A DNA stretch of 14,521 nucleotides. Origin: an uncultured archaeon. GTDB taxonomy: Archaea; Asgardarchaeota; Thorarchaeia; Thorarchaeales; Thorarchaeaceae. The stretch spans positions 1 through 14,521 of the forward strand of contig CAYYQL010000018.1 in the NCBI GenBank assembly GCA_964473825.1, given 5' to 3'. The translations under genes and the position numbers were made by a program. Under the pieces are notes generated by a model. That model was given only the letters and a program-made list of their open reading frames with translations, searched no databases and was not told the DNA's origin. Positions 7,149-14,521 of this stretch are shown one piece after another (position 1 is the stretch's first letter; each line of letters begins with the position of its first letter).

Positions 7149-7200
7149 TCCTGACAGTATTAGTTTTGTGTCAATACACAATATTGATAGGTTCTCAGGA
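7149..7200. promoter_or_regulatory. Nested inverted repeats between thiolase and radical SAM genes (terminator or operator)
   Basis: TTGTGT-caat-ACACAA (7166-7181) lies inside an outer TCCTGA (7149-7154)/TCAGGA (7195-7200) pair. Confidence 0.4.
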
Positions 7201-7228
7201 ACATATCATAGTTGGATGATGGTCATCC

Positions 7229-8185
7229 ATGATTGCTTACGGTCCTGTTCCTTCAAGGCGTCTGGGAAGAAGCCTTGGGATAAACAACATCAGCGCGAAG
7301 TCTTGTTCTTACTCATGCACCTACTGCCAGTTGGGGCGAACCACTGATCTGACAGTACAGCAGAGGTCGTTCTACTCTCCTGAGCGGATTTTGGATGAAG
7401 TGACACAGCAGGTCAGCAATGCCAAGCACAACAATGAGAGAATTGACTATCTCACATTCGTCCCTGATGGTGAGCCAACCCTCGATCTGAATCTGGGAGA
7501 TACTGCTGCTTTGCTGAAGGATTTCGAGATACCCATTGCAATTCTGACTAATGCATCACTTCTCTGGGATGCCGATGTGCGAACTCGTCTAGATCATATG
7601 GATCTTGTTTCGATCAAAGTTGACGCTGTGAGTTCCAAACTCTGGCATCATGTTAACAGGCCTCATGGCTCTTTGGCCCTTGAAAGAGTAATGGACGGAA
7701 TCCGCAGGTTCTGCGAAGAGTACGAAGGTAAGATACTCTCAGAGACAATGCTGGTCAATACGGCTAATTACGAGGGTGAGTTCGGAAGGATTGCATGTTT
7801 CTTGAGCGAGCTGGGCATCGAAAAGGCGTTTATCGGGATTCCCACAAGACCTCCCGCCGAAGACGGAGTGTGTCCTCCCACGGAGTCGGTGATAAACAGG
7901 GCCTTCCAGAGTTTCGTTGATGAGCTTGGAAGCGACCGTGTAGAATACCTTATCGGCTACGAAGGAAATGAGTTTGCCTCAACTGGAAACCCCAGAGCGG
8001 ACTTGCTCAGTATCACCTCAGTCCATCCGATGCGTGAAGATGCAGTTCGAGAACTGCTGGCCAACTCCGAGTCCGATTGGACCATTGTTCATCGTCTGAT
8101 TGATGATAGACAGCTTGTGGAACTTGAATATGGGGGATCATCATATTACATGCGTGCATTGCCGGGTAGGGTTACTGGGCTCTGA
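7229..8185 (+). CDS. Radical SAM protein (COG0731/TYW1-related uncharacterised family), 318 aa
   Basis: CSYSCTYC (CxxxCxxC), N-terminal YGPVPSRRLGRSLGIN, GEPTL, LTNASL and a C-terminal HPMREDAV small helical domain. Confidence 0.9.
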   Translation: MIAYGPVPSRRLGRSLGINNISAKSCSYSCTYCQLGRTTDLTVQQRSFYSPERILDEVTQQVSNAKHNNERIDYLTFVPDGEPTLDLNLGDTAALLKDFEIPIAILTNASLLWDADVRTRLDHMDLVSIKVDAVSSKLWHHVNRPHGSLALERVMDGIRRFCEEYEGKILSETMLVNTANYEGEFGRIACFLSELGIEKAFIGIPTRPPAEDGVCPPTESVINRAFQSFVDELGSDRVEYLIGYEGNEFASTGNPRADLLSITSVHPMREDAVRELLANSESDWTIVHRLIDDRQLVELEYGGSSYYMRALPGRVTGL

Positions 8186-8216
8186 GTTCATGTATCGGAT
8201 AGGACGTGCGCCGTTT

Positions 8217-8609
8217 CTACCTCACCCATCCGATGGCTCCTTGAGGGCATACTTGCGCGCATGAACCGCAGCCAGAGCACTTGGATTGATTAACATGCGC
8301 TTTTCCTTCCGAGATATCTATCGCGTCTTGTGGACAGGCATCAATACAAGCTCCACATCCTACACAGAGTACTGCGTCAACCCTTACCATCTTGGATCTC
8401 GGGAATCTACGGTGCTGGGGCGTCAGACTGCTGTCAGGTATTCTCTGGGTGCCTATCTTCTCTATACTAGGAGAAAACACACTCGGACTGCATGTTTCTC
8501 TTGCTCTCCAATTCTGTTGCAGACATCCGCGTGGTGAATGTTTCCCTTTACCTCGTCTGCTCCTCTTTCTTCTCGTTGTGGACAACTCACGGACAGATGT
8601 TGTAATCAT
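8217..8609 (-). CDS. 2[4Fe-4S] dicluster ferredoxin. Core domain is 8217-8390 (57 aa); the start could be 8390, 8585 (TTG) or 8609.
   Basis: Two CxxCxxCxxxCP motifs: CVGCGACIDACP and CSGCGSCAQVCP. Confidence 0.85.
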   Translation of the reverse strand: MITTSVRELSTTRRKRSRRGKGKHSPRGCLQQNWRARETCSPSVFSPSIEKIGTQRIPDSSLTPQHRRFPRSKMVRVDAVLCVGCGACIDACPQDAIDISEGKAHVNQSKCSGCGSCAQVCPQGAIGWVR

Positions 8610-8694
8610 TCATTCGAGGTTTCCACTGATTAGCATTGTCCTATGTTCGATGCATCACAGATTGCAGTGATTGCTGACAATCTTTGGCAACTTC

Positions 8695-8737
8695 TATAAG
8701 CCAAGTTGTACATGCACAAGCATCGCTATATGGAGGT
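8695..8737 (+). promoter_or_regulatory. TATA-like box, imperfect palindrome and SD upstream of the 8744 gene
   Basis: TATAAG 8695-8700. TTGTACATGCACAA 8706-8719 (12/14 symmetric). GGAGGT 8732-8737. Confidence 0.45.
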
Positions 8738-8743
8738 AGTTGA

Positions 8744-9700
8744 TTGGTAGAAATAGGAAATGATTCTGGGCAGGCACCAGAAGAACGCTTCGAGAGAGAT
8801 TATTCCGTTGGGGTGGCAGGTCTGGTGTCGCGCACATTCAGTCTTTGGAAAAGGAGATTGGGAAGTTATGTGCTCATCGTTGGTGTCTTGTCGGCACTGA
8901 TGGCCGCGGTCTCCCTTGTCGTTCTCTTTGCGTTCTACGGTTATGCCGCTTTTGACCTCGTTGGTCTCGTATTCTCAGATCCTCTTGGTCTGATTCTTCA
9001 GTTATACAACTACACCGGATTAGGGGACATCCTACTCCTTGGTATCCTGATGGTCCTATCGATCGTCACCATGCTGGTGGCGGCCATCGTGGGAGGTGGC
9101 GCAATTAAGTTCGCTCTTCAGGACTATGGAAACCCGGGAACGGGAGACGTCAACTCAGCCCTCTCATATGGGGCAAGCCGGGCAGTGACCTTGATTGTCG
9201 CCCAGCTGCTTCAGGGGTTGATTATCGCAATACCCATCCTTCCGGGTCTGGTGATTCTTGTACCTGTTGTTATGTCGATAGACCCGCTGGGCCCAATTGA
9301 CACATCCGTCGTCATGGCGGTCTTTACAGGAGGCATTGTTTTCTTGGTGGGCGGATTGATTACCCTGTACCTACTTGTTAGACTCATGCCAACGATTGCA
9401 GTTGTTGTGGCTGAGGAGGAAAGGTCTGCTCTTGGTGCCGTAAGACGAGCTTATCAAATCACAGGCGGGGCATTCTGGCACACGCTGGGAGGCGTCATTA
9501 TCTTCGGCATTGCGGTCTTTCTAGTCACCTTCGTCCTCTCGCTGATAGCCATTGCATTGGGTCTTATCACTCCGGCTCTAGGCATCTTGGGAAGTTTATT
9601 TGTTTCCCTGTTGACCAGTCCTCTTTACTACATCTTCCAGGCAGTTCTCTACAGGGATCTCGAATCCCAGGCAAAGCAAGAATCAGCTGATTGGTGGTAA
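8744..9700 (+). CDS. Polytopic membrane protein (GDPD-membrane-domain / YciC-like family), 318 aa
   Basis: TTG start with GGAGGT 6 nt upstream. About 6-7 hydrophobic helices alternating with amphipathic segments (SRTFSLWKRR, SALSYGASR, AVRRAYQITGGAFW). LYRDL near the C-terminus. Confidence 0.85.
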   Translation: MVEIGNDSGQAPEERFERDYSVGVAGLVSRTFSLWKRRLGSYVLIVGVLSALMAAVSLVVLFAFYGYAAFDLVGLVFSDPLGLILQLYNYTGLGDILLLGILMVLSIVTMLVAAIVGGGAIKFALQDYGNPGTGDVNSALSYGASRAVTLIVAQLLQGLIIAIPILPGLVILVPVVMSIDPLGPIDTSVVMAVFTGGIVFLVGGLITLYLLVRLMPTIAVVVAEEERSALGAVRRAYQITGGAFWHTLGGVIIFGIAVFLVTFVLSLIAIALGLITPALGILGSLFVSLLTSPLYYIFQAVLYRDLESQAKQESADWW

Positions 9701-9705
9701 TCCGT

Positions 9706-9738
9706 ACATGGGCCTCGTGCCCATGTTTCCCTCTTTTT
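9706..9738 (+). terminator. Hairpin plus T-tract terminator
   Basis: Perfect 8-bp stem ACATGGGC (9706-9713)/GCCCATGT (9719-9726), then TTCCCTCTTTTT, starting 5 nt after stop 9700. Confidence 0.75.
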
Positions 9739-10113
9739 CACAGTTTTGAGTTTCATGGATTATCTACACCTCTTGAACCCATGGTCATGGCCTATCTCTG
9801 CGTCACACCGATGTGCTGGTTTACAGTATTAGCGGTAGAATAAGAGGGCTCACAGGGAATATGATGGCATTCTTGCCTGTCTGATAGATATCTTCGCCTT
9901 CTTTGTAGAGTATGTCTGAGGTTTTCTTATTAGAAACTGAATGCGAAAAGAACAGAGTGAGTTCAGATAGACCCGGGACTAGACGAGTGTCGCATCACGT
10001 GCAGCAGGACCGGGCACTCAATCTCGAGGCCCTGGGACCAATCAGAAACTTTGGTTACTGAATGGAATACATGGTTCTGGTATCTGGACAATCGAGCAAG
10101 GAGACGATTATTG

Positions 10114-11277
10114 ATGCCCGAAGGATTGGCCGTACTGAAATGGGATGACGAGCTCGGGCCCGTTGTGACTTCTAAGACACCCAAAAGTCTACAGCTGGGG
10201 CTCGACCCGACTACAAGCATGCGTATCTACGGGATTGCGACGCTGGGAGAAACCGAGGAGTCACAGAAACCAGGCTTCACCTCTCTATCTTTTGATGAGT
10301 TCAAACTGGCCGTGTACTACGGGGGACTAAACATGCATCTGAAAGGAAAACCCTCTATGGTATTCCTAGTACTGGCCCCTGAAGAGGACCCTGATGTATA
10401 CAAGGATGCACTCCCTGAGATCGCCACGCAGATTTTCTTGAACACCGATGATGACGCATATCAGAAGCTTGTTCCGAAGTTCTATGGACAGATAGCACGA
10501 TACACTCAGATGACCCCTGAGCAGAGGCAGGCATCTGTTCTCAGCGACACCGTGAGGCGGTCTATTCTGCAGACATTGATGAGGAATGGAACCATCGAGT
10601 CATCTGATTTAGAACAGATAATCTTCGAGGAAGTAGGGAAGAAGATCGATGTAGACATAGTTCTGCGCCCGCTTGTGAAGATGGGAATCATTGCTACTGG
10701 TTGGGTTGAGGGTCTCGCGACCGAAGTCATCTATCTCACCCGTGCCCTGTTTCTTCTGCGAACCATATCGCAGGACACTATACGCGCTGTGAAGGCGGGA
10801 CAGCTGCCCAAGGATGTCGCAGAGCAGTATCTCGACTCTGCAAAGAGATACCATAAGAATTACCTCGGGACGCTTCGAAAGGATCTCTCAGAGGCACTAT
10901 GGGACGATGCAGAACAACTCACGGAGTACTTGTTAGATTTCGATGCTTATGATATCCTCGAGATTCTGCGTGAAGGCCCGCAGCAGACAGAACACCTGCC
11001 GAGTCTCCTTGATGTGACCAAGTCACAGCTAAGAAAGCAGGTGAAAAAGCTGGAGAAGGCCAATATCGTCATGCGCATCAACGACGAAGAGGGCCGAGAG
11101 CACTTACTTCTGAAGTCAAACCCCGAGGTAATGACCGTGTATCCCGAATGGCTCATTCAGAGAACGGTCGAGCTCTACAACGATGAAGAGATACCAAGCC
11201 GACAGGCCATGCACTATCTTGAGGTGCTGAAGAGATTTCATCCAAGCGGTGTGGCCGCAACAATGGAGGTGCAGTGA
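10114..11277 (+). CDS. Cytosolic protein: N-terminal uDENN/longin-like domain plus two winged-helix domains (387 aa; TTG 10111 is an alternative start)
   Basis: AAGGAG at 10098-10103 favours 10111/10114 over 10051. LAVLKWDDELGPVV hairpin motif with a longin-like secondary-structure pattern. wHTH-like segments DTVRRSILQTL...VLRPLVKMGII and DAYDILEILREGP...QLRKQVKKLEKANIV. Confidence 0.8.
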   Translation: MPEGLAVLKWDDELGPVVTSKTPKSLQLGLDPTTSMRIYGIATLGETEESQKPGFTSLSFDEFKLAVYYGGLNMHLKGKPSMVFLVLAPEEDPDVYKDALPEIATQIFLNTDDDAYQKLVPKFYGQIARYTQMTPEQRQASVLSDTVRRSILQTLMRNGTIESSDLEQIIFEEVGKKIDVDIVLRPLVKMGIIATGWVEGLATEVIYLTRALFLLRTISQDTIRAVKAGQLPKDVAEQYLDSAKRYHKNYLGTLRKDLSEALWDDAEQLTEYLLDFDAYDILEILREGPQQTEHLPSLLDVTKSQLRKQVKKLEKANIVMRINDEEGREHLLLKSNPEVMTVYPEWLIQRTVELYNDEEIPSRQAMHYLEVLKRFHPSGVAATMEVQ

Positions 11278-14200
11278 TTGAATAAGACACGATATGCGCT
11301 ACTACTAGCATTTGGAATACTCATGATACTTCCGATGATTGCCGCTGCTCCGAATACTCGAGATATCTACTCTGATTCGCTATTTGAGAATGACTTCATG
11401 CAGATAGGCGGAGGTCAGTCCGAACTTGCGGGCATTCAGGATCAGGCAGAGTGGTGGAATTCATCTTTCATTTACCGGAGATACCTCAATTTCACCGAAC
11501 CCGATGTTTCAGATAGAACCCTAGTTCCTGTACATCTCTATCTCACATTCACATCAGGCCATTGCTATCGCGACTCAATCAGAGTTGAATACTACAACAA
11601 CCCCGGCTGGACCGACCTACCATTCCAGACATGGAATACGACGTACGATGGGGATTTTGTTCTCTCTACAACTGTCAGTTTCATGGTGAATGTTAGCCGA
11701 AATGACAAGGAAATGAACTACTACCTCTATTACGCGAAGGAGGATGTCGGGTCAGTCAGCTATCCTGACTTCTATCCGTTCGTCTACAAGTCGTACACAT
11801 TCTCCCTACTGAATCTGGTATCCTTCTACGACAACAACAACTACCTTGTCGAGATGTGGGATAGCTCGTCCCAGACATGGAAGGACCCTCGTGACGTAGA
11901 TTCTTATTGGGCGGATGGTAAGATGACCCCTGATAATGTCCCAAATGGGACTCTCAATAGAATGCAGAATGTACGTTATGAGGCTAACCCTTACAGCCAC
12001 ACCGACTGGCATGGCTTCTATGCTGTGTACTCCAACTATCCTCTTGCTCTTAGCGTAGGCCAAGGCGACAAGGGCTCAAATACTGCCATCAACGACTGGT
12101 TCCCGGCTGTGAGCCAGATAGGTACTGGAACCGATACCGAGTTCATACTCGGCGGTGTCGAAGGATTCGAGGACAAGAACGAGGGCAAGTACTGGATTCA
12201 AGCTCAAGCTAATGACACAGAGGTCTACGTCTGGACTTCCGATGGCAGCGCGGAAACAGCAAGCAACTGGCAGTTTTACAATGGTTCGAGCCTCTCTGGA
12301 TGGCCCGCGAAGCTCTCTGCCGGAGAGTATATCTCACGTCGTGATGTTGTCTATACAGTCTATCTCTATGCCAATGCGACGAAGCCTGTATCGGCCCGGT
12401 TTGGGGACTCGGACAGTTCATATGCCCGAGACATTCTGGGTCTATACCCCGCGATTGATGGCAAGCTGAGCGGCGAGGAGTTCTACACCATAGATATGGG
12501 GCACTCTTACGATTACACTCGGATCACCAATCTCGGCGATTCAGCCGTAGATGTTGATTACTGGCGCAACACCGGTTCGGGATGGGGCTCCAAGACCACA
12601 GAACGGATTGGTGCCAATAGCTCAGTCGACATCCTACATGGTTCGGCCGGTTCTGGTGATCAAGAGGATATTCTCCATATCAAGGGAGAGTCTGGAGCCA
12701 ATCTGATGGTCTATGGAGTATACAGACCTGACACTCCCGGAGATGCTGGCGATTGGGTTCCTTCCTTGTCAGGCGACCGATACGGATCGAGCTTCAAGAT
12801 GTGGGGCAACAATGGATGGAAGTTCATGGTTATCGCCACTGAGAATGCCAGAGTCGAGGTCAGCGGCTACAACAGCGGAACGCTGAGTATTCCCGCAGGC
12901 GGGGTGGCCACTTTTCGCCCCCTCTCCTCATCCGCTACCCTTTACCACATCAACTCAAATGCATCAGTTTCAGTAGTGCTGGTCGGCAAATTTTCGACCT
13001 CTTCACCATACAACCCGACAGGAGACACTGGGTATGGATGGATGGTTCCGACCTTCAACAATGATGCCGATGAGAACGCTCTTGCCATATCCATCAGCGA
13101 TGAGATCCATCTGTTCGAGTTCGACATAACTGTAGAGGACCTTGACGGTCTCCCTGTTGAGGGAGCAGCAGTCACCCTCTACAACGCAAGTGATGGAACC
13201 GTCTGGGAAGACGATAACGGCCTGAACAGGACAGGAGTTACCGACGCCAACGGACTCGTTGTCTTTGAGGGTCTCAGTGACGGTGATTACACGATTCGCA
13301 CAGAAATTGACACAAAGAGTTGGCTCACCACATCCTATGCTGAGCTCTGGGTGCGGACAAGCCCTACAGAATCTATCACCGGGCCAGTGACACCTGTCAC
13401 TGTCACACTTCCTATGGGTAGCTTCTCCATCTATATGGAGGACCTCATGGGTGATGCAATGGCTCAGACTGCCGATGAGACCACAACTCTGAGAGTTTCC
13501 AACGAGAGCAGTTCCGGCGTCTTCTCTGCACAGGCGTCAACAAACTCAAGTGGCTGGGCGAACTTCTATAGAGTTCCGCAAGACAACTACGATGTCTTTG
13601 CCAGCTATGATGGCAATGTAACATCTTACTCTTATGATCGCATCGCGGACTTCGGGAGATGGTCGATAGCGTCTTCCGAGTTTGACACTGGTCCGTTCCA
13701 GCATACCTGGTTGATGCCACTTGTGACAATCAGACTCAATGTCATGAGCTGGGATGACCAACCAGTTGAGAATGCATATGTGAAGATTAACAACACTATT
13801 GACGAAGATATCTACCAAGAGATTCAGAACACAGATGCCGAGGGTAATTTCAACTTCTATCGCGTTGTGAATGGAACTTGGAAGGTCAACGTCTGGAAAG
13901 TCGATGACTATCCCAGCACACCTACCGTTCGGAACAACACTGTCACACTGACCGATGTTCAGGGTGAAATCAGTGAAACTATTCTGCTTCCGATTGCGCG
14001 TCTCAACATAGAGGTGAGAATCAAGGACACCACAAGCGTTGTTCAAGGAGCGCAGATCAATGTGACCTATGTGGAGAGCGGTACAGTTGTTGCCCAAGGT
14101 TCAACGAACTCAACAGGACAAATTACTTTCCTCAATATCCATGGGAACATCACAGGAACGACCACAGTAAGCTATACGGTATCCGTATACTCGGGAGACT

Positions 14201-14521
14201 CGAAGAATGAGACGTGGACCGTCAAGGCCGACTTCGACTGGACCTATATCAACGTGATCTTTCTCACTTCAGACAATTACCCAGACGGATATACAGAGCT
14301 AAATGCCTCAGCCTTCTTCAAGACTGTATATTGGGGTGAAGATGCTAACTTCACTGTGGGCTACTACGATAGAGACGGAACAACAGAGATTCCTACAGAT
14401 AGCCTTGTTTTATTGGACGGAAGCTCTTGGTTGAACTACACGGTGTACTACGACGATATTCCGATCGGATGGGGCACTTGGAACTGGACGAATGCAGTAC
14501 ATGTCTACAATGAAAGCGATG
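11278..14521 (+). CDS. Very large secreted/cell-surface multidomain glycoprotein, 3'-truncated by the window (at least 1081 aa)
   Basis: Manual translation shows no stop from TTG 11278 to the window end. SD GGAGGT at 11265-11270. Signal peptide MNKTRYALLLAFGILMILPMIAAA. DUF2341-like start WWNSSFIYRRYL. Four carboxypeptidase-regulatory-like repeats (TDANG, TNSSG, TDAEG, TNSTG). About 27 N-glycosylation sequons. Confidence 0.92.
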   Translation, partial: MNKTRYALLLAFGILMILPMIAAAPNTRDIYSDSLFENDFMQIGGGQSELAGIQDQAEWWNSSFIYRRYLNFTEPDVSDRTLVPVHLYLTFTSGHCYRDSIRVEYYNNPGWTDLPFQTWNTTYDGDFVLSTTVSFMVNVSRNDKEMNYYLYYAKEDVGSVSYPDFYPFVYKSYTFSLLNLVSFYDNNNYLVEMWDSSSQTWKDPRDVDSYWADGKMTPDNVPNGTLNRMQNVRYEANPYSHTDWHGFYAVYSNYPLALSVGQGDKGSNTAINDWFPAVSQIGTGTDTEFILGGVEGFEDKNEGKYWIQAQANDTEVYVWTSDGSAETASNWQFYNGSSLSGWPAKLSAGEYISRRDVVYTVYLYANATKPVSARFGDSDSSYARDILGLYPAIDGKLSGEEFYTIDMGHSYDYTRITNLGDSAVDVDYWRNTGSGWGSKTTERIGANSSVDILHGSAGSGDQEDILHIKGESGANLMVYGVYRPDTPGDAGDWVPSLSGDRYGSSFKMWGNNGWKFMVIATENARVEVSGYNSGTLSIPAGGVATFRPLSSSATLYHINSNASVSVVLVGKFSTSSPYNPTGDTGYGWMVPTFNNDADENALAISISDEIHLFEFDITVEDLDGLPVEGAAVTLYNASDGTVWEDDNGLNRTGVTDANGLVVFEGLSDGDYTIRTEIDTKSWLTTSYAELWVRTSPTESITGPVTPVTVTLPMGSFSIYMEDLMGDAMAQTADETTTLRVSNESSSGVFSAQASTNSSGWANFYRVPQDNYDVFASYDGNVTSYSYDRIADFGRWSIASSEFDTGPFQHTWLMPLVTIRLNVMSWDDQPVENAYVKINNTIDEDIYQEIQNTDAEGNFNFYRVVNGTWKVNVWKVDDYPSTPTVRNNTVTLTDVQGEISETILLPIARLNIEVRIKDTTSVVQGAQINVTYVESGTVVAQGSTNSTGQITFLNIHGNITGTTTVSYTVSVYSGDSKNETWTVKADFDWTYINVIFLTSDNYPDGYTELNASAFFKTVYWGEDANFTVGYYDRDGTTEIPTDSLVLLDGSSWLNYTVYYDDIPIGWGTWNWTNAVHVYNESD

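Noticed and set aside
7229-8185. Calling the radical SAM enzyme Taw1/TYW1 wyosine synthase
   Set aside because: It lacks the N-terminal auxiliary-cluster Cys/Lys region of true TYW1/Taw1. Only broad family similarity is supported.
8392-8670. 92-aa Cys/Leu-rich plus-strand ORF
   Set aside because: No SD or motif. The hydrophobic run mirrors the purine-rich Arg/Lys codons on the opposite strand.
10051-10110. Longer TTG start for the uDENN-like protein
   Set aside because: AAGGAG at 10098-10103 positions the start at 10111/10114, where the longin-like first strand begins.
11275-11280. In-frame TGA between the two last ORFs as selenocysteine or readthrough fusion
   Set aside because: A well-spaced GGAGGT, a TTG start and an immediate signal peptide explain it as two genes. 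There is no redox-motif context and I recognised no SECIS.
1-14521. CRISPR array, IS element, prophage, rRNA or tRNA genes
   Set aside because: I saw no regularly spaced repeats, transposase/integrase motifs, terminal repeats or cloverleaf by eye.

Overview
Archaeal chromosomal segment. An Asgard origin (Thorarchaeia-like) is my inference from GGAGGT ribosome-binding sites, TTG starts, TATA-like boxes, sequon-rich surface proteins and a uDENN/longin-like protein. The left half encodes a biotin-dependent carboxyl-transfer set: an acyl-CoA carboxyltransferase (PccB/12S type), a pyruvate/oxaloacetate carboxyltransferase (OadA/5S type) with an unusual epsilon/PccX-like C-terminal tail, and a free biotin carrier. 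A thiolase-fold protein lacking the catalytic cysteines follows directly. No biotin carboxylase or Na+-pump beta subunit lies in the window, so a soluble transcarboxylase-like system is plausible. Two unrelated genes (a membrane-anchored glycoprotein and an 87-aa protein) split the cluster. The middle holds a radical SAM enzyme, a convergent 2[4Fe-4S] ferredoxin and a polytopic membrane protein. At the right end, a cytosolic uDENN/longin-like + tandem winged-helix protein abuts a >1081-aa secreted multidomain glycoprotein that runs off the window and is missing from the ORF track. I saw no rRNA, tRNA, CRISPR array or transposase. Family assignments come from motif recognition, not database searches.
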